Positions 40,448 through 49,823 of a DNA stretch of 64,000 bases are shown here, in pieces. Location: NCBI GenBank assembly GCA_965216315.1, contig CBDCFN010000016.1, positions 1,248,001 through 1,312,000 on the forward strand. Reading direction: 5' to 3'. Each line of letters opens with the position of its first letter. Within the stretch, counting starts at the first letter, position 1. This DNA is from a bacterium. Lineage in GTDB: Bacteria; UBA10199; 2-02-FULL-50-16; JAJFLM01. The notes beneath the pieces were generated by a model, which did no database searches, was not told the origin of the DNA, and was given only the letters and a program-made list of their open reading frames with translations. Position numbers and translations under genes: made by a program.

Positions 40448-43400
40448 GCTCCATCGGTATTAACGTCGCCAAGCTGGGCTGGGCGGGTACTGCTGCTTAC
40501 AAAGCCGGCGCCTTTGCAACGGAGTTTGTGGGCTTCTCTGTATTTGAAGGCTTGAGTCATGCCTATAATAAAATTTCCAAGGATGGGCTGAGCCTTGACG
40601 CCTTAGCCAACTTCGGAAAGGCGTTTACGCCCAAGGCCATGTTGGATCGTGCCGCCTTCATCTTCTTTTTAAAGGTCGGAAACTTCTTGGCGAAGCCGCT
40701 GAGCGAGGCCGTGCAGGGCAAGGTTATGAAGTTTGTCAATGCGCGTTATGCCAAGGAATTTGCGGCGATACGATCCGAGCTCGATTTAGCAACTAAGGAC
40801 ATGGATGCCCTGATGAAGGGGCGGGATAATGCCGCGGCGCTCAAAATAGTGGCCCGTTACGAAAAGGCTTTGTCCCAATTCGGCAAGTTTCTCGAATTAT
40901 CGGGTCAGACAAACGGTTCAGAGGCCAAGAGTCTCAAGTCTTATCTGGAAGGGATTAGTCAGTTGAAGGCGGAACTGAAGGCCCATGAAAAGATATTCGG
41001 CACGGAAAGCATCGCGGACGTCAAAGTATGCCGGGATGGCTTTAGCTATGACATAAGCAAACAAAGTGACTTGGTCTCCGTATTAAAGAGTCTGCCGGGG
41101 TTAAAGATTGAAATCGGCTCCGAAGGGCGCGTTGTGACCCGAAGTCCGGAAGGCAGTGTGTGGGTCTTTCATCCGTCGAGTGTTAAAGGATCGACTCACC
41201 TTACGGTTGCGGCGAAGCGTAATCTTAAGCCGGTAGATCACTCAACCACGAAAACGAAGACGGATCCGATATTTGTTAAGCTCAGCGACCTCCATATGGC
41301 TGGCATCAAATCGCAACATCCGTTGGTCGTTAACGTCATCACCCCGAACCGAAATCACAACCTGGATTATTCCGAGTCATTTAGAGCGAATGTGCTGACT
41401 GGAAAACACGGTACCGATGCCTCGATAGCGCCCGAAATGGCGACTCATGTCTGGGTCGTGGTGCGTGACGCCGTGGCGGCGCGAGAAGTATTGAAACGCG
41501 TGACCGGCAGTGAAACCGGGCAGCTCCCGGAGCGGTTTAAACTGATTGCTCAGGCGGAGTTTGATGCGAATAAGCGAGTAACGGACGCCATCTACGATAC
41601 AATGTACGATGCGCACACCAAGCGACTCAAAGGGACTCCTTGTTCGGGTACCGAACTCGCTTTGATTCGTAACTTTGCCCGACGCTATGAAGCCTGGTTG
41701 GCCGGCAAAACGGCTCACCAACCCAAAACGAGTGCGCTCATTGAGAATCATCCTATTGTCAAGGCCCTGCGAAAGCTTTCGCGTCCTCACGGTCCGCATT
41801 ACTATCGGGATGCGGCTTTTTATGATGCGCTGCCGGCAGGTGGTAAGGTGATCGACGGGGTACCGTACTTTCCACTCATCAAGAATATTAAGGGCCATAA
41901 GTTTCAGCTCGGTTCCGGTCAGACGGTTGAATTCACCGGCCGGGTCTTTGGTCAAGGCAGCGCCTCGACGGTTTATGAGGCGAAGCTGACCAATAGTAAG
42001 GGAGAGGTAACTACCGTCGCCGTTAAAATCCGCGATCATGCAATGGGTGCCGATCCTCTGCACATTGCTAAAGAAATCCGCAATGTTCAGCTGGCAGCAC
42101 GTGAAAAGCTCGGTGGGGTGCAATTTTTTGGTGCTGCCAAAGTGGACGGCCGCTTGGCTATCGTGACGAACGTGACGCCGGGTGTGGATTTCGGACGGGC
42201 GAATCCGCATTGGATTAATGGGACGACAGTCAAGGAGATGAATATCCTGTTTGATAAAATCGAAAGGATCGGGCTTAAGCCTGGTGATTTTCAAGTTACG
42301 ATTGACCGCGACGGTCGGGTTCATCTGATGGACCTTGAAGGCTTGCATGTGACCGGTCTTAAACAGGGGTTCTCGCGCTGGGAGGCGATGGAAGCCCTGT
42401 TGTTGCGCCGTCAAAAGGCGGGCCTCAACACGGATGTTATTATCAGTCATTTAAGTACGGCCCAAAAAATCGCCTTCGCGACGCATTTGGTTCAGAATCG
42501 CGGCTGGAAATCGCCCCAGGTCGCCAAAGTATTCGGCCCGAACATTTTCGATAGTCATTACCGCGGCAAGGTCGATAAAGGATCTGTCGCTGTTCTCTCG
42601 AATAAGGCAAAGGGCGAGATTAAAAGCCCGGAACCGGAACCCGCCTGGATGCGTTCGGCGATTGATTTTCAGTCTTTTGTCGTCAGGACGGGCGCTGATG
42701 TCCGTGGCTTTGTGAAATTCTTCAGACCTGAGAATGATGGCCATTACGAATTCAATAAGACGGTGGATTATATCGCTAAAACGGACCTGAATACACTTAT
42801 GACGGAATTTGGGTGGACGCGGGAGCAGGCAACTCGCATTAAAGAGGATGCATCTACCTTTCGCCCTAACTTGAATCTCGTAACGAAGTGGAACGATCAA
42901 TTTCATAGCAAAAAACAGGATGCAGCAGCCATAAAACGGGACATTTTATCAAGGCTTTCGGAAGCTGACTGCGCACGTCTTAATCGTAAAATGAAGGCGA
43001 TTGTTACACAAGGCAGGCAGGGTAACTCGAAGGTGACAATTCCCATGTTGATTGAAGCCTATATTTCGGCACACCTGAGAGGCTCGTGGTTCAATAAAGC
43101 CGTACTTTCCTATATGGACATCTTAAAGAAGGCCGAGAACACCTTTCTGTCACTACAAGCCGACCTTACAAGCAATGTTGTGGCAGATCGTTCGGTTTCA
43201 TTTGAGCTCAGTTATCCAACTATGAAGCAGGTACTGCAGAAACGTTACATTGATCCGGCAAATCCTGATCAGAGTTTTTCGAATGGATCACCTGAGTCAT
43301 GGGCCGGTCAATTGATTGCGGTAGAATTTTATAGCCCGCATCCGGATAAAAGTAGTGTTTTGTTGCTGGCTAAATTTAAGCAAAATAAAGGCTGGTCCGT

Positions 43401-43587
43401 CCAAGGAATGTCAACCGTTAACGGGCAACGACTTGTGGTTACAATACCACCGAAGCAAGCGCCGGCGGCTATGGCTATGGGCTTCTTCTCGCCGGTCGAT
43501 ATGCAGCCGGGTCAAGCGGTGACAATAACGATTAACATAAGTAAAGTTCCAAGCAAACCAGCCTTGAAAACAGCGCAGGGAGAGTAG
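40438..43587 (+). CDS. Giant orphan carrier protein, C-terminal part with protein-kinase-like domain
   Basis: Frame open from 40438; GRVFGQGSASTVYEA, VAVK, KEIRN, GDFQ...LMDLEG; WKS module. Confidence 0.72.
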   Translation, partial: STLSSIGINVAKLGWAGTAAYKAGAFATEFVGFSVFEGLSHAYNKISKDGLSLDALANFGKAFTPKAMLDRAAFIFFLKVGNFLAKPLSEAVQGKVMKFVNARYAKEFAAIRSELDLATKDMDALMKGRDNAAALKIVARYEKALSQFGKFLELSGQTNGSEAKSLKSYLEGISQLKAELKAHEKIFGTESIADVKVCRDGFSYDISKQSDLVSVLKSLPGLKIEIGSEGRVVTRSPEGSVWVFHPSSVKGSTHLTVAAKRNLKPVDHSTTKTKTDPIFVKLSDLHMAGIKSQHPLVVNVITPNRNHNLDYSESFRANVLTGKHGTDASIAPEMATHVWVVVRDAVAAREVLKRVTGSETGQLPERFKLIAQAEFDANKRVTDAIYDTMYDAHTKRLKGTPCSGTELALIRNFARRYEAWLAGKTAHQPKTSALIENHPIVKALRKLSRPHGPHYYRDAAFYDALPAGGKVIDGVPYFPLIKNIKGHKFQLGSGQTVEFTGRVFGQGSASTVYEAKLTNSKGEVTTVAVKIRDHAMGADPLHIAKEIRNVQLAAREKLGGVQFFGAAKVDGRLAIVTNVTPGVDFGRANPHWINGTTVKEMNILFDKIERIGLKPGDFQVTIDRDGRVHLMDLEGLHVTGLKQGFSRWEAMEALLLRRQKAGLNTDVIISHLSTAQKIAFATHLVQNRGWKSPQVAKVFGPNIFDSHYRGKVDKGSVAVLSNKAKGEIKSPEPEPAWMRSAIDFQSFVVRTGADVRGFVKFFRPENDGHYEFNKTVDYIAKTDLNTLMTEFGWTREQATRIKEDASTFRPNLNLVTKWNDQFHSKKQDAAAIKRDILSRLSEADCARLNRKMKAIVTQGRQGNSKVTIPMLIEAYISAHLRGSWFNKAVLSYMDILKKAENTFLSLQADLTSNVVADRSVSFELSYPTMKQVLQKRYIDPANPDQSFSNGSPESWAGQLIAVEFYSPHPDKSSVLLLAKFKQNKGWSVQGMSTVNGQRLVVTIPPKQAPAAMAMGFFSPVDMQPGQAVTITINISKVPSKPALKTAQGE

Positions 43588-43637
43588 TTTGAGAATTTTC
43601 ACGGCATGGCGATATTGCCGCGTATTGTCATAAAAGA

Positions 43638-43664
43638 GCAACAATTGGCCTTCTAAGTCGATAG
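43638..43664 (+). promoter_or_regulatory. Sigma28-like promoter GCAAC-N14-GTCGATAG
   Basis: GCAACAATTGGCCTTCTAAGTCGATAG, 10 nt before ATG 43675. Confidence 0.6.
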
Positions 43665-43674
43665 GAGACCTGGT

Positions 43675-44913
43675 ATGTCATTAGGTGCGACATCATTCGT
43701 AAATGGCCTGCTGTGTCCCATGCTGCTGGCTGCCGGGTCGAAAGGTCCGCCGACCAAGCCACCGGATATTGCGCGCTCGGATACCTTGGAGGCCCCGCTC
43801 TCTACCGAACAACGTCGACGGGCCCATTCGCTCGTACAAAAAGACGCGCACAAGGCAACGCAGGAACTCTCTCCCGTGATTATCCTCATGGTTCAACATC
43901 TGGACCGCGACCGGCTGTACCGCGTTCAAATGCTCTTATTTGCGTTGGCCGCCTTACTGGAAGATCCGTTAAACGACGTCATACCGTGGATTGACGAGTG
44001 CGAGCGGATGGAGACCATCCAGAACAAGCAATTAAATCGGTTGAGTCGGGAATTAAATAGCGAAGTGCGGGCCAAACAGCTTTCACTCGAAGAACAGCAA
44101 ACCATCACGAATAATGTACAAGGGGATCAACGGCGTCTCTACCGGGCGTCCCGGGTGATCAGAAGCCTGGATCGCTGGATGAAAGATGCACAGAACAGCG
44201 AACAAAACGTGCGTATCCGGAAAGCGCTCACCTTTTTATGCTCCATTCCGGAGTTCGGTTCCAAGATATCCTTACCGGAACGGGATGCGAGACCCGTTAC
44301 TGATTTTGAATTGTTGCAGGAGTTAAATCCCTATTTTACCGATGAGGATAGACGGATCTTTCAGCGCGCCGGTTGGGGGCGGATCCGCAACCGCACCATT
44401 GCGTTCGATATCGATGCGACGCTCGCGGATGCACGTTTCAGGCCAGTTGCCATGGACGAGCTGGCCAAGGCACCGGACAAATACGAAGTTGCCAAACAAG
44501 ATCTTATTTATCAATTCCGCACGATTCGTCTGCCGTATCGCGGGATACAGGCCCTCTTGTTAGGGCTCGCCGCCGCGGGCAATCGTCTCGCGTTGCTCAC
44601 CGTTGCCAAGAATCTCCCCGGCAACCTCGAAAGTTTTCTCAACGATTTTCCCTTGCTCAAGTTGGCGCTTGATCTCGTACCCCGCGATGATCCGTTCCGC
44701 CTGTTGACGGTCGAGGAACTGGATGCTTCTCCGCGGATTCATAGCGGGCTGTCACGAAAATATCCGACCAAAGAGTGCTTCTTTCATGTCCTGGTCGACG
44801 ACGAAGAACAATACGCGGACGACATGGAAAGAATGGGCCTGGGACGCCGCTGGGTCGCGCCCGGTCCGACGGCCATGGAGACCCTGCAGCGCCTCGAAGA
44901 CTACTTTGCCTGA
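43675..44913 (+). CDS. Orphan protein with C-terminal HAD-superfamily hydrolase domain
   Basis: IAFDIDATL (motif I), LALLT (II), K (III), VLVDD (IV); helical N-terminus. Confidence 0.7.
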   Translation: MSLGATSFVNGLLCPMLLAAGSKGPPTKPPDIARSDTLEAPLSTEQRRRAHSLVQKDAHKATQELSPVIILMVQHLDRDRLYRVQMLLFALAALLEDPLNDVIPWIDECERMETIQNKQLNRLSRELNSEVRAKQLSLEEQQTITNNVQGDQRRLYRASRVIRSLDRWMKDAQNSEQNVRIRKALTFLCSIPEFGSKISLPERDARPVTDFELLQELNPYFTDEDRRIFQRAGWGRIRNRTIAFDIDATLADARFRPVAMDELAKAPDKYEVAKQDLIYQFRTIRLPYRGIQALLLGLAAAGNRLALLTVAKNLPGNLESFLNDFPLLKLALDLVPRDDPFRLLTVEELDASPRIHSGLSRKYPTKECFFHVLVDDEEQYADDMERMGLGRRWVAPGPTAMETLQRLEDYFA

Positions 44914-44915
44914 CC

Positions 44916-44977
44916 GTGTTCAACTGTCCACTGAAAGCGCGGTTTTCGCCCAACTGAGTTCTATCAATTGCCGATAA
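44916..44977 (+). promoter_or_regulatory. Conserved upstream box plus GCCGATAA promoter, copy 2
   Basis: GTGTTCAACTGTCCACTGAAAGC then GCCGATAA with spacing identical to copy 1. Confidence 0.7.
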
Positions 44978-45058
44978 TTAAGATAACGCAGCAATAGTGC
45001 GAATTGGGTGTAACTTTTTGAAAATATTGACTTAACCAGAGAGTCCTGGAGGTGTGTC

Positions 45059-45874
45059 ATGGCAGTGCAAGGTGTAGATCGAGTCGAGTCTGGGGTTAAA
45101 TCACAATTAGAGCATAGGCCTTTGGTGATGCCGGCGGAAACTTCCCATATCGGAAAATCTGTGGCCGCTGATAAATTCAGTGCACGTGCGACCAATAGAC
45201 AAATGTTGGCGAATCTCAATGGGGGTGGTTCTACGGCCCTTCGTCGGACGCCACCGAGCACCATTGAATTTCGCCGCGTTAAAACACCGAGTGGCAAGCA
45301 AACCGTTAGTGGCTTGGCCGTTAGAACGCAGATCAATGGGATCAGCTATGAGATAGAAGGCTATAACGTCTTTCACGCCTTCCGTTACCGTCGTGTCGGT
45401 ACGATGCGATGGACGAATGTCACCAAGGGACGTAGGGATCCCCTACAAGCCGAGATAAAAAAGGCGTGGTATAATACGGTACGCGGGGAGACGCGCTTCG
45501 AATCCAAACTCTACGCCGATATTTGGTATAGTTCAAGGTCGGGAAGGGGAGTGGCACGGCGTCATATTGGCCGTAACGGCAATGCAAGCCGTGCATTTTA
45601 TCGCTATGGTTCCTATCAAGGACCGGTGTTCAAGCGAGGTAACGATTATGTCCTATTCCATAGGAGTGGCAATAGCCCTTTTCCAAAATATCACATGATT
45701 GTCGGTACGGGGATCAATGAGCAGACCGGGCAGTTGACGGGAGTGCGTCTAGTGACCCCTTTACGTATCCGTGGTATAACCTCAATGCAACACTGGTTGA
45801 GTCTTTCCTCGCATGTTGCGAGTTGGCCCAAAGCTCGAGTCCCTTCACCGACGGGTTACGCCGGCTCTCACTAA
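45059..45874 (+). CDS. Orphan basic hypothetical protein
   Basis: GGAGG RBS; Arg/aromatic-rich beta region; no signal peptide. Confidence 0.65.
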   Translation: MAVQGVDRVESGVKSQLEHRPLVMPAETSHIGKSVAADKFSARATNRQMLANLNGGGSTALRRTPPSTIEFRRVKTPSGKQTVSGLAVRTQINGISYEIEGYNVFHAFRYRRVGTMRWTNVTKGRRDPLQAEIKKAWYNTVRGETRFESKLYADIWYSSRSGRGVARRHIGRNGNASRAFYRYGSYQGPVFKRGNDYVLFHRSGNSPFPKYHMIVGTGINEQTGQLTGVRLVTPLRIRGITSMQHWLSLSSHVASWPKARVPSPTGYAGSH

Positions 45875-45875
45875 C

Positions 45876-46883
45876 TCAGAGCTGATGCGCTAGGAGTTGC
45901 GCCGCTGTGAAATGCGGTCGTAGTTCTAGGGCCGCTTTGTTAAGACGTCGAGCTGCTGAGGACTTAGCTCCCATCACATGATAGAGGCGGGCGAGGTTGA
46001 AATAGCTATCGGCAAACTTGGGAGCATAGGCGAGGGCCTGACGGTAATGCATTTCCATCAGTCCTGCGACAACACAACTGCCGAGAGCGGCCAGCCCATT
46101 CAATATCCCATCATCATGGCGCGAATAGTTTAAGAGTCCCTCTAAGAGTCCATTCAAATGAAAGGCCTGGGTGTTTTCATAGACCGCTAACATCGCTGTC
46201 GCTGAAATTCGTTCCGTACCGGGATGCGCCTTGCCGAGAAAACCACGATGGTAGAGATCGATTTGCGTCAAATGTTCAGGTCTCTGCGGATCGAGGGCGA
46301 CACCGACACAGATATGATAGGTGATACTCGAGTCAAGGGCATGCTGCGTCACTCGTAGAAATTGTGGTTGGAAGCCGGCGAGGCGGAGCACTGCATAGGC
46401 AAAACGAGACAGTTCGGTACAATCTCCCGGAGCGCCGTTGAGCAGGGCAAGGTTGTCACTTTCATAAGGGACGTAATTGCGCTTTTGAACACGCTGTTCC
46501 ATCCACGTGACGATGCGGCGGAGATAATCGCGCTCAAAAGTTAAAGTATTACCTGAGGGGTGGGGAATTTCACTTTTAATCTGATCGAGTTGCTTCTTTA
46601 AGTTCAAGAGAGCTCTATCATCTTCGCGTGTCTGTGGATCAAAGTCATTAAAGAGCCAGGGCAGCCGGAAGGAGTTTTGGACTGAAACCAGATCGGTGAA
46701 GGGTCGTGGAACCCGACCATTGCCGTGGGCAAAGCGATCTTCCTCGCTTTCGAGCCTTTTAATCGCTTGGGCATAAACAGCTGGAACATCGCCGCGTAAT
46801 TTTCTCCCGCTGCTGTGCCGTAAGAGCTGGCACAATCCGGAAGCCTCATTATTCTGTAATCGCTCGCACCCGATTTTTCGCAT
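45876..46883 (-). CDS. Transglutaminase-like (Cys-His-Asp) protein with C-terminal TPR
   Basis: GDCTELS..., HICVGV, QID; TPR YRQALAYAPKFADSYFNLA. Confidence 0.75.
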   Translation of the reverse strand: MRKIGCERLQNNEASGLCQLLRHSSGRKLRGDVPAVYAQAIKRLESEEDRFAHGNGRVPRPFTDLVSVQNSFRLPWLFNDFDPQTREDDRALLNLKKQLDQIKSEIPHPSGNTLTFERDYLRRIVTWMEQRVQKRNYVPYESDNLALLNGAPGDCTELSRFAYAVLRLAGFQPQFLRVTQHALDSSITYHICVGVALDPQRPEHLTQIDLYHRGFLGKAHPGTERISATAMLAVYENTQAFHLNGLLEGLLNYSRHDDGILNGLAALGSCVVAGLMEMHYRQALAYAPKFADSYFNLARLYHVMGAKSSAARRLNKAALELRPHFTAAQLLAHQL

Positions 46884-46909
46884 CGCACCCGTGTCCCTTT
46901 GCAGTTCAT

Positions 46910-46936
46910 TTATCTCCGCTTTATCCGGAAAGTTGC
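46910..46936 (-). promoter_or_regulatory. Sigma28-like promoter GCAAC-N14-GGAGATAA
   Basis: Minus strand GCAACTTTCCGGATAAAGCGGAGATAA. Confidence 0.55.
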
Positions 46937-46948
46937 GTCCTCATTAAC

Positions 46949-47042
46949 TGTATCGTTTCGATACAGCCTGGGGACTCCTCCCACCTCAAGATATCCCTAA
47001 CTAACCAATATTACTTAAGAATAGTTTGGCACTCTCCTTGCT
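46949..47042 (+). promoter_or_regulatory. Sigma54 promoter with palindromic enhancer, copy 1
   Basis: TGTATCGTTTCGATACA (46949) and TGGCACTCTCCTTGCT (47027). Confidence 0.8.
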
Positions 47043-47084
47043 CTATAGAGGGGCAGAATTACTGTTCACGCATGGAGGTTTCCA

Positions 47085-47522
47085 ATGAGTTTTTTAACCG
47101 TCGCCGCACCTATCCTACACGCCGTTGCAAATGGCTTATCAGGAGTCGCTCAAGCTACTGCAGCAACCGCTCCTGCACAGCCGGCGAACAATGCAAATGG
47201 CAATGCCAGGTTTATTGCGGATGCGAAGCCAAATGATGCGCTACGCGTTGTGGAGCAACGCAATACTGATAATCAAGCGGGTGGTTTGCTCATCCAACCC
47301 AATCGCGGCACCGGTGGCTTCAATGTCTATTACAAGAAGGGGATGAAGGGCAAAGAAATCGTCATTCATAAACACAAACGCAATGCGACTGCGGCGGACA
47401 AGCCCAGTCTCATCTACCGCGGTGCCAAGATCACCGAAAATGAGAATGGGTATCACAATCTGAAATTACCGACCCCTGAAGAAGGCTACTATTACACGGC
47501 GCAGATCGTCGAAGCGAGTTAA
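47085..47522 (+). CDS. Orphan hypothetical protein
   Basis: GGAGG RBS; Ala/Asn-rich N-terminus and a small beta domain. Confidence 0.65.
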   Translation: MSFLTVAAPILHAVANGLSGVAQATAATAPAQPANNANGNARFIADAKPNDALRVVEQRNTDNQAGGLLIQPNRGTGGFNVYYKKGMKGKEIVIHKHKRNATAADKPSLIYRGAKITENENGYHNLKLPTPEEGYYYTAQIVEAS

Positions 47523-47559
47523 CAGCTGAACTACTATCAAATCAGAAAAGGATAAGATC

Positions 47560-49467
47560 ATGAATTTTCAATCACAACTTCGATATATCATTGCAATCGC
47601 TGTTTTCGCTTTAGCGACGGCCCTTGTTCATCACACGGCCTTTGCCGGTCCGGCCGATCTTGATACGGAATTTGCTGACAACGGGGTGATGACGTTGGAT
47701 TTTGGGCTTGAAGAGCAAGCCAGTGTTTTACTTATTGAGGAAGATTTGAACGGCCTGCGTTTTGTCGTGGCCGGTCGTCAGTGCAAGCTCGGTGATTTCG
47801 GGGACTGCGACTTTCTCGTCGCGCGCATCCAACATGATTTCCAAATGGATCAGAGTTTTGCGTCCGATGGCTGGACGACAGCCTCCATGGGCATGTCTAG
47901 TTACGTCAGCGCGGCGGCCTTTACGCCTTCCGGTGAAGTTTTAGTCGTCGGTGACAGAAAGGAAGATGAATTGATCGGGGTGGACCATGACTTCGCGTTG
48001 GCTCAATTCAATGAAACAGGCGAACTCGATACGTCATTCCACAGTGACGGTAAGGTCATGACCGGTTTCGGTGATTATGAAACGCCCTGGGATGTTGCCA
48101 TACAACCTGATGGCAAAATTATTACCATCGGTCGTCAATATCAGACTCCGACGTTTGGCGATACGGATTACGACTTCGCTATAGCGCGATATCATGCGGA
48201 TGGATCCTTAGATAAGAGCTTTGACGATAACGGGAAGCTGGTTAAAGGTTTCGGAAAGGACGATCATGCCTACGCCGTCGCGCTGCAAGTCGACGGGAAA
48301 ATTGTCGTTGCCGGACAAACCGGACGCAACTTTATCGTGGTACGCTTCAATCAAGATGGGCGTTTAGACAAAGGCTTTGGCGATGACGGCAAGGTCGTTG
48401 CCCAATGGGGATCCGGTGAGATCTACGAAGAGGCCAATGATATCGTAATTACTGCGAATGGTCAGATCCTGGTCTCAGGGGTCGCAACGATCGGCGGCAA
48501 CAATGATTTTTTGGTAGCGAGACTCAATGCCGATGGGTCTTTTGATAGTTCGTTTGGCTCAGGCGGTTGGATTGCCGCTGATTTTGACGGCCGGAATGAT
48601 CGCGCGGATACGCTGATGATCGATGATGAAGGGCGTATTCTCTTAACCGGCTGTTCTCAGCAAAAGTTTGCCGTGGCCCGTTTTTTTCAAAATGGCATGC
48701 CGGATAAATCTTTTGGCGACGGTGGCCAAGCCTTGAATGAGGACCAAGACTGTGGCGCAGCCGCCCTGGGACCCGGTGGCCGTATCTTTGTCGCGCACTC
48801 TGTAGACAATGGAAATAACTCAGATGTGCAACTCGTCGCCTTTAAAGGCAGCTCAGAGGAGAATGGCTTTTCCTTGGATTTGACTGATTTAGCCGTTGAT
48901 GCCCAGGAGCTCGTCCCGGTCTACAAGGCGGACCTGCGGCTTGAAATAAGCGATGCGCAGGATCCGGTCGAAAGTGGCTCCGAGCTGGGTTATGCGATTC
49001 GTATCAGCAATCTGGGGCCCAATCGTGCGGACAATATCGTCTTGTCAAATGAATTGCCGGCCGGTGTCAGCCTGAAAGAGATCGATTTCCCTATAGGTTC
49101 TTGTACAACGACAAATCCCATCGTCTGCAATTTTAGTGAATTAGCTGCTGGAGTAACGATGACGGGAACGATGCTCATCGAAGTAGGGGGAGCCGGTTTT
49201 ATCGAAACGACGATGACAATCACGAGTGATGTCATCGATCCTGAGCTGAACAACAATCAGGCTACCGAAATGACGGCGATAACACTGCCACCGTTGTCAC
49301 CTGAATCCACACCGCCGGAAACGACTGTCCCCACGGAACCGACGGTCACGACCCCGGAAGCCCCTGCGAATAGTGACGCGGCCGGTAATGTGGACGGACC
49401 GAGCTTCGCGGGCGAGAATACCAGTGCCCAACGTGCCGGCGGAGGATGCTCGCTAGTCCGGAGATAG
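47560..49467 (+). CDS. Secreted delta-60-repeat beta-propeller protein with DUF11 domain and GGGCSL C-terminal tag
   Basis: Signal peptide; repeats of QPDGKI..G / RYN.DG.LD.SF..DG; ADLRLEISD..DP..SG..L.Y.I..SNLGP; Pro/Thr linker. Confidence 0.85.
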   Translation: MNFQSQLRYIIAIAVFALATALVHHTAFAGPADLDTEFADNGVMTLDFGLEEQASVLLIEEDLNGLRFVVAGRQCKLGDFGDCDFLVARIQHDFQMDQSFASDGWTTASMGMSSYVSAAAFTPSGEVLVVGDRKEDELIGVDHDFALAQFNETGELDTSFHSDGKVMTGFGDYETPWDVAIQPDGKIITIGRQYQTPTFGDTDYDFAIARYHADGSLDKSFDDNGKLVKGFGKDDHAYAVALQVDGKIVVAGQTGRNFIVVRFNQDGRLDKGFGDDGKVVAQWGSGEIYEEANDIVITANGQILVSGVATIGGNNDFLVARLNADGSFDSSFGSGGWIAADFDGRNDRADTLMIDDEGRILLTGCSQQKFAVARFFQNGMPDKSFGDGGQALNEDQDCGAAALGPGGRIFVAHSVDNGNNSDVQLVAFKGSSEENGFSLDLTDLAVDAQELVPVYKADLRLEISDAQDPVESGSELGYAIRISNLGPNRADNIVLSNELPAGVSLKEIDFPIGSCTTTNPIVCNFSELAAGVTMTGTMLIEVGGAGFIETTMTITSDVIDPELNNNQATEMTAITLPPLSPESTPPETTVPTEPTVTTPEAPANSDAAGNVDGPSFAGENTSAQRAGGGCSLVRR

Positions 49468-49686
49468 CAAGTGTCAGTCACAACCTAAACTTGCCGGCAA
49501 GGTGCGTTTCTACATCTAACGGGCAAGTCATTTTTCATTAAGGAAGATTGAAGGATGAAACACACAAGTGAATTTCACATAGATAAGCATATTCTAGTTG
49601 ATGAAAAGGATGCCAGATCTGAGGACGATCAAGCAAATCCTGTCCCGCCGGCAGAGGTTCCAGCGATAAAGTCGGCCAGCAAAAAA

Positions 49687-49781
49687 TGTATCGAAATGGT
49701 ACATATTGGGGTCTCGTTTCTGACGGATTAGCAATATAACTTATTGATATTATTTAATTATTACTTGGCACGGCACTTGCT
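49687..49781 (+). promoter_or_regulatory. Sigma54 promoter with palindromic enhancer and IHF site, copy 2
   Basis: TGTATCGAAATGGTACA (49687); IHF match TATCAATAAGTTA on the minus strand at 49737-49749; TGGCACGGCACTTGCT (49766). Confidence 0.82.
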
Positions 49782-49823
49782 CTCTAAGTAAGCAGGAACC
49801 TGTAGTGCAAAGGAGATTTTGTC

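Noticed and set aside
41377..42450. 357-aa minus-strand ORF
   Set aside because: Wholly antisense to the kinase-bearing ORF and has no motifs.
49555..49731. Possible 58-aa ORF (MKHTSEFHIDK...)
   Set aside because: Runs through the conserved enhancer and has no recognisable features; unsupported though not excluded.
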